Below, piece by piece: positions 1-11,840 of a stretch of DNA of 64,000 nucleotides (position 1 is the first letter of the stretch; every line of letters starts with the position of its first letter). The translations under genes and the position numbers were made by a program. The stretch comes from Moniliella sp. 'wahieum' (lineage: Eukaryota). The stretch lies in contig RSEE01000057.1 in NCBI GenBank assembly GCA_003971905.1, forward strand, positions 372,001-436,000, read 5' to 3'. The notes beneath the pieces are model-generated. The model had not been told where the DNA came from, searched no databases, and was given only the letters and a program-made list of their open reading frames with translations.

Positions 1-1683
1 GAAACTACGCTTTCGCTCTGATCCCCCTACAATCGAACCTTGGTTTCCCCCGGCATCAACCACGTACATCAAGGATAGCTGATGGCCTGATGGTAGGGTT
101 GGATCGAATGAGGAAGCAGAGGATATGGCACAGAAGGCACAGAAGACAGGCAATAGGATCATGGAGCGGTTAGATTCTATCGATTGAAATGGAAGCTGTT
201 GGGGGCGTGCGTCGCACTCGGGCCTAAGACTCAACGTCTTCTTTTCCTTGACTTGGTTGGGCGGTGTGCAATCAGGGCAAATTAATGCGTGCCCCAGATT
301 CGGTGGGTGTGGGGACCACCCCCATGTGCGGTGAGCGTGCGGAGAGAGCGCGCTGTACCATTTGCGCCGGCCCCAACTTGAACCCACGGAACCGGCCATG
401 GCGACGGAACGACTTGCGGCTAGGCATCTTGGCTGCCACGTCTTGTCAAATAACACCAGGTTGTAGGCCACCGCTCTGTTCGATATGACAGGTCCAGCTT
501 TTGACCAAGGGCGAAAAGTCAATTCCCCGGGCTAAGAGTGAAGTGAGGAGGGTGCCTTACAGGGGCGGCTGCTTTTTTGGGCCAGCGTCTCGCACGCTTC
601 AAGGTTGGTTGGTGACATATCTACGGTTCCTGATCCTGCACATGTATACAAGGGGCAACCGTTTTTTTCACACCACTTGACGATACACTTATACCCGTTC
701 GACCTCGCCTTGCCTCTTGCCCCCCCGAGGCCTCTTTAATTACGATTTGGGAGGGGAGGAGAGGAAGAAGCAAGCAACCTCCTTGCCCCTGCACTCTTGG
801 CGCGCAACCTCTGACCGGTCGCGCAACAGCCTGCTTTGTGCATCGGCCCTTGGTTGCGAGGGTGCGAGGGGTACGCCTCCCATGGTTCGCCACAGTGGAG
901 AAGTGGCGGGATGACCCCTGGATCCGCTCCAGTACTACAATCCGGGGCGCTGGACTCTATCGCATCGCCACAGGCGCTGGGAACTACCCCAGCGCTCCGT
1001 CCCAACGAGGATGTGAGGTTACCCCAAACCATCGATTCTCCTCGGTATCAACCAATGGCATAGTCACCATGTCTCCGTGTGCTAGGCAACGAGCACTCCA
1101 ACTACCGATAGCAGAGCAGAGGCAAGTTCCTTGGTGCTGCATCATGGCTGCGTGTGGATGTGGGGAAAAGAGGAGGGGACGGGTGCAATGGTGCACTCGG
1201 TCGCAACGGAGCGAGACAAGCCCCAGGAGCTAGCGAGAGACAACAGGGAGGGGGGCGGCCGGCTTCCGTTTCCGTGTGGGGTGTCTTGCTTTTCCTAGTA
1301 GGCAGATCCGTGTGATCGGAGGAGGATAGGCCGGTCCAGTTTAAGCCTGGGACGGGGAGCGAGGCGAGTTATGTACCTGCGTAACATTTGCAGCGGCTAT
1401 GGCGGGGGAGACGGGAGCAGGGCCTGGTTGTGCCCCGCGGCCAGTCTGGCAAAAGAAAGAGATGAGGGCGCGGCGTGTACGGCGGGGTGCATCATCTTCT
1501 GCAATAGCCACAAAACAGCAAAAAAGGGAAAAAGGCAACGGAAGCGGTCGTGGGGAGAAGAGTACGTTCGTAAGCTGGATTAGGCAAGGGGCCTTTACCC
1601 GGCGGAAAGGCGGGGAGTTGTGAGTGGGTTGCGGCGGCCACACTCGAATAGTTGCCTGAACCAGACGAGAAAAGTGGAGGGTA

Positions 1684-3615
1684 TTAGAGGGGCACAGAAG
1701 GCGGCGACGGAGTCGGGGTCAGATCCGGGGCCAGAGAGGCCCGGCATAGGACACCCAGGAGAAGGTTCGTAAAAGACGAATAGGTTAGCCGTGTCGCGTG
1801 GTGAGCGGTGATGGGCAGGACGCAGCCGGTCTTAAAATGGGGGAGGGACAACCCCCCGGAGGGGCAACCATGCATCAGGACACCAAAAGTTGAAGTACAT
1901 TGGTGCCCGGTTTCAGGAAGCCAAAAATGGATTGTCCCTCCCATCCATATGTCCGACGCTGTCCTTGGCCTTCATGCAGGTGCAAGGGGGGGTGGGTCAG
2001 AAGTCCCTGTTTCCGGGGCGGACCGAATCAGAATGATAGTAGGACGAGGTGGATTGGTCCGGCATGATGGGGGGGAACCGGGCGGTGCTAGTACTGTGGG
2101 GCGGGTTGGTAGAGTAGTACGATCCAGCGCCTATAAACGGCAGGGAAGAAGCCTGAGAGGCGAGAGGAGGAACCTGCAATCCCGGTTCAGCTGAGGGGGG
2201 CAACAAGCTGGACGAACCATAGCCCGAGTCGGAAGGGTAGTATCCCCACTGTGTTGGACGGGGCCGAGGTGTGGGAAAGCGGGGGGCAAGGGACCCATGG
2301 CTTCCCATTCCACCATTGCCTAACCCAAACGGGCCATAGCGAACGGAAGGGCTGGCCAACGAGCCACTCGACACGTTGGACGGGGAGGACGGTCCAAGGC
2401 GGTCGAGGAGCCGTGGTAGGACATGGAGGCGGAGCGGGTCGGATTCGGTTCTACCTTGATCCGATGGTCGTTGGTCGGCGGAAGAGGAGTGGTATGAAGC
2501 GGTTGGGAGGAGACGAAGCAGTGTTCGTTTCAGTGTCCGACCGGCTGCGCGGTTTGTAGGGACGCTTGCTGTGCTGGGACCGAGCACGAGGATGAAGGAC
2601 GGTGTTGAAATGGTTCTTGATCCGGTTGTCGGGTCGTCCAGGCAGATGGCGGGCCATTTCGGACCACCGGGATCCGAGGCGCTTGTACATATCAAGAATC
2701 TTGGCGTTCTCTTCATCGGTAAAGGGGTTCTTGTTGATGGTAGGGTCCGCATGGTTGTTCCACCGCTCGCGACACTGCTTGGCAGTGCGGGTGCCAAGAC
2801 GCTCCGACACTACCGCCCACTTATCCACTCCAACCTCTTGAACTGTTGCGAGCAACTGGGCATCTTCTGGCTTGCTCCATTGCCCTCGGTTTGAGGTGGG
2901 ACGGCACAAGGTGCGCCAGCGCGACGAACAGGCCACCTTGTCAAACGGACCATCCGGGAACGCTGTCTCGGCAATCCTTGCCCACGACTTGATAGAGGGA
3001 GAGTTGGTGGTAGAGCGGGGCGGATCCCACTGGCCTCGTCGACCGCCTGGCGCTCCATGTGCATCTTGACGGCTGACTCGAGGCGCTCATCGTCCTCCTT
3101 GGTCCAACCCTTCTTGGTCCGCGGCTCGGGGGGCGCGGGGCGGCAAAGCCGAGCCTGACGCACTCCTGGCGCGACTCCCGGCGCGACATGCCGATGGCAT
3201 TCCCGACGCGACTGTCGACGCGGCTCCGGATGGCGTGTAGCGGGTCGACCAGCTCGAGTCCACAAGTGGTTTGGCGAGCAGAGCACTGGCGGACGAGGGA
3301 TCAGCCGGGGCGGGGTACGGCATGCCCTTGGGAAGCGAGGGCAGAACTGGGCCGGTCCGACTGGGATAGGCGGCCGGAGGGGCGGGATGGGGCTCATAGG
3401 CAGGGGCGGGAGGAACAAGGTGGGAGGTATGGGGCGCAAGTGGGTCATGCGGCGTAGGGTGGGAGGCGATGGGTTGATCGACGGGGGCGGTGCGGCAAAG
3501 GAGCCGTCCATGGGGGGGGAGACAGAGACGAGCCGCGGGGGGGTTCACTGACGGGCGGGTCATGCATGTAGCCGGGATAGGCACCGTAATAGCCTCCCGC
3601 TGGGTGGTCTTGCAT
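1684..3615 (-). CDS. Myb-family transcription factor with three Myb repeats (R1R2R3); Pro/Ser-rich N- and C-terminal regions; frameshifted, ends approximate
   Basis: ORF 2451-2936 gives RGQWSKPEDAQL...KQCRERWNNHADPTINKNPFTDEEN...RWSEMARHLPGRPDNRIKNHFN (R2,R3). Upstream KKGWTKEDDERL plus, after a frameshift, KSWARIAETAFP..KVACSSRWRTL forms R1. Confidence 0.85.
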
Positions 3616-4749
3616 CTGCAACTGGTCGAGGGAGAGGCAGCGGCGCGTGGGCCCAGGCCGGTCAGCGGAGGGGAGGCAGGGTGGGGATGGGACGAGGAGG
3701 GAACGCACCGTTGGTGGTGCTCAAAGGAGACAGCAGAGGGGTGGGTGAGGGCGCACGGGAGGGGAGGGAGGCGGGTTGCGGTTGCGGCTGCGGTTGCGGC
3801 GGCGGAATGTGGAAATGGCAGAGGGGGGCCAGGGGGAGCCGGATGGTGGTGGCAGGGAAGAGGAAATATGGGGCGGGGTGCGGTAGGTGTGGCTCGAAGC
3901 GGGAGAAAAGGGTGCAGGGGTGTGGGATGGTCGGGAGCAGGTGGGCAGCGGCGAGGGGGCGCGTCGGGTGGGTGTTGTGTGCGTAACAAACAGACCTCTC
4001 GGCCTGCTGCTCCTGCTCCTGGCGGCGACACACTGGGCTGCGTTCCACGTTACCCGCGCAGGACCGGCTGAGTCGAGTGCGGTGGGTGCGCTGTGCCTCT
4101 GCGATCTCGGATCCCAGGGCGCCAGGCGGCAGGCCCTAGTCCGGCCAGGACCGCGGCTGGTTGCGGGCATCAGCGGGCAGCCTGGGAGTGGCGAGGCCAG
4201 CGCCCAACTGAATCCGACAAAACAAACCACGCCCCCAGTCACTGGTCACGGGTCAGATCGAGATGGGCAGCAAGGGCGCCATGGCCGGCGCGAGCTACGC
4301 GGCAGCCTGGGGGCAGGCGGCCTCGCTTGGGCGCTTGCGGCGGGGGAGGGGCAACAACGAGGCGGAGGCAGCAGCGTGCATCACCCATCCGCCCTCGCCT
4401 CCCGTACCAGTAAGGCAGCCCGCCGCACAGGCCGCCAGCGTCACACGTCAGAGCGCGCGTCAGACAGCACGCCACGATGCGTGACTAGTGACTAGCGACT
4501 AGCCACACGGATGTGCGACTCCTTGGCCGACGATCGATGATAATGATTGATGATCGATTGGCAGTACGCGTTACGCATTTGCGCACTTGGGCATTGTATG
4601 GAGTACTCAGTACTGAGTCTCAGCACTTGGTACTTACCGGACTTACCACTGATCACTGATTCCTGTTCCTCGATGTCGATGGGTGCACGGCGACGTTAAA
4701 AAGGCCGGGGGAGCCTGCTGCTGACCGTCTGGGATTCTGAGCGCGCTAC

Positions 4750-4788
4750 GTGTCAGACTCACGCCGTGCTAGGGGGCGAGTCTGACAC
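4750..4788. repeat. 11-bp perfect inverted repeat with 17-nt spacer, flanked by TAC direct repeats
   Basis: GTGTCAGACTC (4750-4760) and GAGTCTGACAC (4778-4788); TAC lies immediately on both sides. Confidence 0.6.
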
Positions 4789-6868
4789 TACGATCTAAGC
4801 ACGGCGCGGCTGCTGAGCGCTGAGCAGCTGGCCAGGGGCCTGCGGCCAGGCCATGATCGATGATCAATGGTTAGGGGTAGCACGTAGTAACTAGTGACAC
4901 TATTGGTGATACAGGGTCGCGGGGGTTCCATGCCACATGCAGCGTGTGACATGTCACGCGTCACGCGTCACGCGTCACGCTCGTCACATGGGGCCTCAAA
5001 ACTGGACAAAAGCATGGTGCATGGGCGGACGCGCTTCCTTCAAGCTGCAAGCTTCCGAGCTTCAGCGCGCTTTCCTTTCTTCCAATTGATAGGCGTTGTG
5101 CCTGTCATGTCATCATGTCAGCATGCACGTATCACGCAGCATAATATGTGCGCGTGACGCGTGACCGGTCACCGGCAGGCAGCCCAGACGCCGAGATCTG
5201 AGGGTTTGACAGCTATTGTATTCCGTCCCTACTGTCTCTCTCTCTTCTCCTTTCCTTCTTCCTTTTTTCTTCCCTTTCTTCCCTAGTCCCTGACCTTTTC
5301 TCTCCCGCCCCGCCCTGGCTTTTGTATGTACGGCTGTATGGAACGCAGGTTGCGTGGCGTTGATGTTGGTGACTGGTAACGTGGTAACGCGTAACGCGTA
5401 ACGTGCGGGCTCGGCCTCAACTCAAGCGTCAAGAAGTCTCAACGGGCCAGCGCCATTGGCAATCATTAATCATTTTAAATCAATTGCACGACATACCGCT
5501 GCGGGCGGTGGCAGGCGGTAGCCCTTCGGTGGCACCAAGAAGGATTTTTGGAGTCAACTAAAGGGCTAGATGACTGTGCCCCCGGCACAAGACCAGAGAA
5601 AACGTAGGACCGATCCTCGCAACGTCCGGTCTCTCGTCTCTGCTGCTCGATGTTCCATGGGCCATGTGGTGTGTACCACATGCACCCGGTGCCCCGCAGA
5701 CATGCTCCAAGCGCAGAAGCAGCTCCGCTTCCCCCGCATCACCTGGGAAGCATCGATTATGGGTTAACGCGTAACGTTTATCGTTTAACGCGTTACGCGC
5801 TACGCGTTAACGTTTTCGTTATTTCGCATTTAGCCGAATAGGCGACCTTTCTTCGGGGAGGCCCTGGGAGGCCGCCACTCGCCGGTCACCGGTCAACCCG
5901 TGAATGTCGTGAACTCCCGTGACGCGTGACGCGTGAACCGTTCAGCCTGGGCGCCTCAGCTTTTCATCATTGATCACCCACTGTTAGTCATTGAATCATG
6001 AATCACCGGTCACCGTCATCAAGTCATCAAAGTCATCGCGTTGGCGCGTCTGTGACAGAAGGCTGTGTGGCAAAGGAAAAGCAACAGCGGCAACAACTTG
6101 CAGCAGTAGGCCGCAGCTCGGATATACACCAGGCGGGGTACCAGAGGCAGGTACGGGTGCATACTGGAGGGAGGTACGAAGGCTACGTATTGATTGAAAA
6201 AGTGCATGCACCCCGTTTCCAGGCACGGGGGCACAACATGCAGAATTGCAGCAAGCCAGGACGGGGCCACTAGCTACCAGCCATCGGCCACATCGGCGCA
6301 TCCGCCACCATCTTTCCCGCATTCGCTGCCACATTCCGCCAGCCGTGTTCCACCTTTCCACGCTGTGCGAGCATGGCCGGCGGTTGACACCATGTGGGCT
6401 GGCCCGTTCCCGCGTATTCGGCCCCCTCGGTTCCGACCGCATCATCTACCCTGAAAACGTCCTCGATGTCGATGCGGTCGATCAAAGGACAGATGCTGGG
6501 AGGCCTCTCAACTTCACCGGTCACCGGTCACCAGGCTCTAGAGGCCGGAGACCAAAGGTCGGAATGTCCTGAACGTTGAAACGTTGACTACCCTTGCGAT
6601 GTCATATTTTTTCCATCAAGTCAATTGAAGCTTCGCAACTTGAAGCTTGAAGCTTGACTAGCAAGTGATTAATGATCAGTGACTAGTGACATGTGACACA
6701 AGGCCTGCGCTTGGTGCTTGGCAGGCAACCGGGCCGGGAGCGGGCGTTGGCAGACTACTAATACTCACTTGGGTGGGTCAGACATACATAGGGTCAACCT
6801 TTGTTAAGCAGCCGCTGCGTAGGGCTTGCCAGGGGCTGCTCCACCTCGGTTGGGTGTGGTCTCAACGA

Positions 6869-6900
6869 GCGGCAAAAGGTGTTGGCGGCAAAAGGTGTTG
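6869..6900. repeat. 16-bp tandem duplication
   Basis: GCGGCAAAAGGTGTTG twice in tandem. Confidence 0.8.
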
Positions 6901-9703
6901 GACGACCCATCGACTCCTCTCTGCTAAGGATGGTTGATGATCGGTGATTAATATGCAAGGTGCATCATATGGATGGTGCAGGTGAAGCATGCATGATGCA
7001 TGATGCCTGCATTGCTGACCGGTGACCTGCAGCAGTAAACAGATGTTAAACGGCATCGATCTTCCTCCAAGCTCCTAGGCCTCTACTAAGCCCTAAGGCC
7101 TAAGGCTGAGTGTTACGACGGTGACTGGCTTCACCGATCGCGGGGCACGTCCGGCCTCACTAGTCCCGAGGCTCCGCGGGCTCCAAAGACTGCTGGTGCG
7201 CCTAAGCCAACGACTAGCAGCCTTCTCCTGTAGCCCTCGTCTGCTTCCTACCACCCCCGCAATCGATCGCTTACGCTACTGTCCTAAACGCTTCCGCATC
7301 CATTCCAGTCTCCATAGGCGGGTGGACCAGGACGGCGCTACCTCCGGCCCATGGCCTAGACCGAAGGCCCAAGTCGATGACCGAATCGATACCATCCAAA
7401 GTCTTTCCAGCCTTCTCTGCTTGGCGCTTACGGCATCGGATCCCACCCCTCCGGTAAACGGTAACCGGTAACCTCTCGACGGTACATACCTATCCGTCGC
7501 TGTGGAGTGAGCGGTGACCGGTGATTAATGATTAATGACTGCATCATGCATCACGCGTCATCCAGACACTAGTCACTAGTCACTAGTCACATGCGCACAT
7601 GTCACACTAGCTAGTCCCTAAAACAGCCCTCAGCTAGTCAGCTAGTTAGAGATCGTCAGACCAGGTCAAACCGCCCCAGCAGGCCCCAGCTGGGTCCGTC
7701 GGCACGCCACTCGTCTGCGCGGGGACGTTCCTTGCCGTCGAGCCGATCGCGTGTGGAGGTGCGCGTGCAGGATGCAGGATGCATGATGTATGATCGATCT
7801 ATGGTCCATGGTCGACGTTCTCTACCTCTGCTGCGTGGACACGAAGACCATGTCGGCTGCAGAAAAAAGTGGCGCCTGACACATCCGATACGTTCCCATA
7901 TCGGTACGCGTTACACGCGTTACACGCGTTACACACACGTTACCCGTTGCCACGTTCTCGTAGGGTACGCGGTACGCGTTTAGCCCTTCGCGGCTCCCAG
8001 CTGTCTTGCTACCCATGCAACAAGAACAGGCGAGGGAAAGCTTCGGGAATCGAGTTGCTTCCCAAATAACGCAAAAAAAAAAAAAAAAAAAACTTGTCTG
8101 ATGTGGACTTGCCACCGAACTGAGGGTTGAACGTGTTGAGTACGTTGAACGTTGACCATGTGCACCTCCGACACCAAAACCCTCCTCACTGCTCTCGACC
8201 CTGCGGGGCTGACCGATTCAGTTACGCGGGTAAACTGCAACCGAAAAAATTAACCCGCAGGGAATATTCATGTGTCGGCAGCCGAAACGGCCCCCTATGC
8301 TCTGCCGAAAAGAGCCAAAGCAGCGCATGCCGCATGCCACACAAGTCACCACGCCAAAATCGTGTCCATGCCCAATGTGAGACGCCCTTACGTGTACGCA
8401 CGTCGAGCATCCATCGTCTCTCTCGGTACCTACCGTCTCTATTATCTCATCGAATCAATTGATCGTCGGGCATCTCCAGCAACATCAAACCCCGACCAAG
8501 AGAGATGCGAGTCACATGTCACATGTCACAACGAGATCACACGCCACCCTCTCGAATCGATGTCAGCGATGCCACAGAACCAACGAAGAACCATTTGTAT
8601 TTTGGATCGATAACATGTACTGCCTGCTGGCTTTACCGGTTACCGGCCTTACCGGTTACCACGGGTAAATAGTACGGTACCCTACGGCCTGGACCATGGT
8701 CCTTCAAGTTGAAGCGTCTCACGCTGGACTTTGAACTGACTTGAATAAGCTTCACGCATCAGCTTCATGCCATGCGGAGTAGCACCCGCGAGTATAATCA
8801 AACGCTTCGACGACAATTCAACGTTCATTCCACCCATTCCAGACCCAAGCGACAAACCGAACGAGAAGGCGCGAAGCGACAACACCAAACGCACTGATGT
8901 GGGAGGGTCGATGATCGACGATGGAGATCTCTCGATGATCGCACAGAGAAACCAAACGAGAAAACGACAGAGACATGCACGTACAAACGCGTCATGTATG
9001 GGCCTTTGGCATTTTGGTTAGGGTTATTGCTAGTTGGGAAACGGGGTTCATCGAGACAATCACAAAAGAACGGGACAGTATGGCAGACGTTTCCCTCTGC
9101 GTCTTTGGCAGGCATGGCAGGCACACTCAGCCGTGCCCACCGCCCCGCGCCCACCGTTCTTTCTCTCGTGCAATCAACAGCGCAATACCCGAGACGAGGC
9201 GGGCGCACAAGCATCTCGGTGTATACGCAAATGACTGGCCCCCCTCAGCCCCAGCCTGGACTTGTGGGTGGGAAGACCAAAGGCACTGGGGCGCGATCGA
9301 GGTGAGAGGCGTGTGAGGAAAGTCTGACGCCCTGAGGGCCAACCATAGAGAGAGAGAGGGTGCCAACATGAGGAGAAACAAGTCTATAATATCAAGCGAC
9401 GGAACCAAAACGAAAGAGACAAAAGAACTTGCATAGAGAACCGTGGGTCTTTACTGAGACCTGCATCCTAAGGCTAAAAAAGGTTCAAAGGCACAAAAGT
9501 TTGGAGCCAGAAACAACAGTGCAAGGCGTACCATGTCAACCCGCCCGGAAAAAGACCGTGACCGACTTCCATACGAAGCATGGCAACGAGCGGAAAAGAC
9601 ACAAGGTGGGAGCGAGGGGGGGTGGCGTACAAGAAGGGAAGGGACTGTTGGGGGATATAGATAAAGAGAGACGTGCTGGCAAAGCAGGGAAAAATTTAGC
9701 TGG

Positions 9704-11840
9704 CTAAAGAAGCAAGCTGCTGATCAGGAGCAGGGGCAGACCAAGTCCCGCAGTCCAGGAGACAGACGACGCCAGAGTCGCGCCATTGTGGCCTTTGGAC
9801 CCATCCTTGGACCCGGACGAACTGCCGGCGAGCCCTGGGACGATGCGGGAACACTCGCTCCGGTACCAGTGTAGATGGTGGGCGCATGGCTGTACTTGGT
9901 TGTTGCTGCCGGCAGGCAGGGGGGCAAGTGCACTGCCAATGGCGGGGGATGGGGAACCACCACAGCCTGAGCCATGTCCACCCCAACCGAAATAAACTTG
10001 CCTGCGACGGCACTCCGCCAATCGTGACAAAGAGCAGACGGACCCGGGGTGTTAGATTCGGGTTAGGCGGCAACGGGTTGACAGTGTAGACCACACTGCC
10101 ATCATCCTGAACGGCATAGGTGTTTTCCAATTGGAGGGATCGCGGCCCGTTCATCGCATGGGTTGCAAAGCCGGGGCGAATGACATGAATTTGGTAGCGG
10201 CAGCTAGCTCTTGGAGGATTGGTTAAAGTACGAAGCGGAACAGTCACGTTAAAGAGGAACCACCGTAGGGGATCATATCCGGCAAGCCCTGGGGCTCGGG
10301 CCGAGGGGCAAAGAAGTAGTCCGGGTACCAGCGCTCCAAAACATATGTCGTGTTGTAACCCGAGGGCGAGGAGCTGAGGGGCATGCTCAGGCTCACGTCC
10401 TGGTGTGGGTTGCTTCCTCCAACGAGGACCGACCCATCAGGGATGAGAATCGGCGGGTGAGTGATACAAGCGGGCATAGGGAGAAGCACCGAAGTTGGCA
10501 CTAGTAAAGCGTTGACCCTTCGGCGCATCGGGGTTGTACAAGACAGGGGTTGTAGTCGGGCCAGAGGAGAAGCCCTCCAAATTGACAGTCTTTCCATGAA
10601 GCTTGATGGTGTTCCACGTGGTGTTACCATACCCTGCTGTGCCGTTCTCGGCACCATTGACGATCAGCATCTGCCCCGTGGGCAGGTGAATGAACTCGCC
10701 CATGGTCCGACCCTGGGAGGAGCGCATCGTCTTGCACGAATTGGGGGTTGGCAACCGCCGAGCCATCCCATTTTCTGGTTGAATCGAGGCGCAGTTGGTT
10801 GAGGCTGGCGTCTCGTACATGTTGACGTTGGGTGCTGTGTAGTTACCCCAATCGTTGTCGTTCTCCAGCACAGTGCCGCCACAGAAGAGAATTTCCGGGG
10901 TGTATTTGTTGGCCGGCGTGAGCGGCTTCATGGCAGTCGCTGCCGACGCAGGATACACACGCACCACTCCGCCGGGCGTGTCGGGCAAAGGGGTTTCGAC
11001 ATTTGGTTGTGGTCCCAGATAATGTTGGAGGTGTTGGCATTCATAAAGATCTTGCCGCTTGGCAGGAGGAACATATGGGGGTACATGTTGAGTCCGCTGG
11101 TGGTTGTCATGAATTTGGACATTTGCATACCAGCACACGATCCCTGTGCGGTAATGTTGGTGCGGTTAGGGAAGTACTCGTAGGTTGGATTGGCACCACC
11201 CATAGCGATGTTGGTGATCGAGCCACCCCCACTGGCAGTTGCGAATGTAGGGTCGGTGTTGGGCGTGTTGCGGTTAATGTACCCGCCTGACGTAGCACCT
11301 CCAACAATGACAGCCTCACCCGAAGCAATCGTCTCAACGGTTGGGTACCAGCGGGGGCTGTTCATCTCAATGTGACCATCATCATCCCAGTTGAGTGCGC
11401 TGTCCTTAACACCTTGAATGTCGAGGAAGCGGATCGCCTTGCGGCCATCCTCGTCCATGTACGGGTTGGCCGTGCCAGCCAAGGCAGCACCGCCGTATTG
11501 GACGGCCTGGTTGCCTCCCACAACGATCCAGGTGCCGTTGGGCATTGTCGCGCCAGCGGCACAGAATGTGTTGGTGTTGACATCAACGGCGCGAGCTGAG
11601 CCGTCAGTGAGGTCAATAAGTGATCCCCAGACAGGCTTGCCACTGGGCAGCTTGGTTGGGTTGCCCTCGACTTGTCTAGGACGAAGGCAGTGTTGTTGTC
11701 AACGAGGCCGAGCATCATTGCGGAGGCGAGGGAATCCTTGGTGGTGAAGACATCGTATGTCAGCGGCGAGCCAGCCTGCGCCGTAGGGCCCAGGGCGGCG
11801 GCGCAGCGGCAAGCGCGATGGAGGCAGCCGGGAGCAGCAT
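9704..11840 (-). CDS. Copper radical oxidase / glyoxal oxidase (CAZy AA5_1, Glo1-like), with signal peptide and a GPI-like or membrane C-terminus; frameshifted
   Basis: Motifs NTFCAAG..PNGTWIVVGG, RWYPTVE, NMYPHMFLLPSG, RVYPASA, ARLYHS, PDGSVLVGGSNP and PGFATHAMN. The N-terminus is hydrophobic (MLLPAASIALAA). The C-terminus is a Ser/Gly spacer plus hydrophobic tail (GLGLPLLLISSLLL). Confidence 0.92.

Larger units (their letters stand above)
4481..8660. repeat. Dense field of short 7-bp-period (TNA + palindromic tetramer)n arrays in the long region upstream of the Myb gene
   Basis: 4946-4980 GTGAC-AT-(GTCAC-GC)x4; 5384-5402 (GTAACGC)n; 6665-6697 TGA-TTAA-TGA-TCAG-TGA-CTAG-TGA-CATG-TGA; 7568-7588 (ACTAGTC)x3; 8511-8529 (GTCACAT)n. 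Confidence 0.85.

Noticed and set aside
264..1650. Short ORFs at the window start
   Set aside because: No recognisable domain or consistent gene model; expected by chance in GC-rich DNA.
4953..5937. ACGCGT clusters read as MCB (MBF) cell-cycle boxes
   Set aside because: They are one case of a wider pattern involving at least 12 different A..T palindromes. A specific MBF role cannot be supported from sequence alone.
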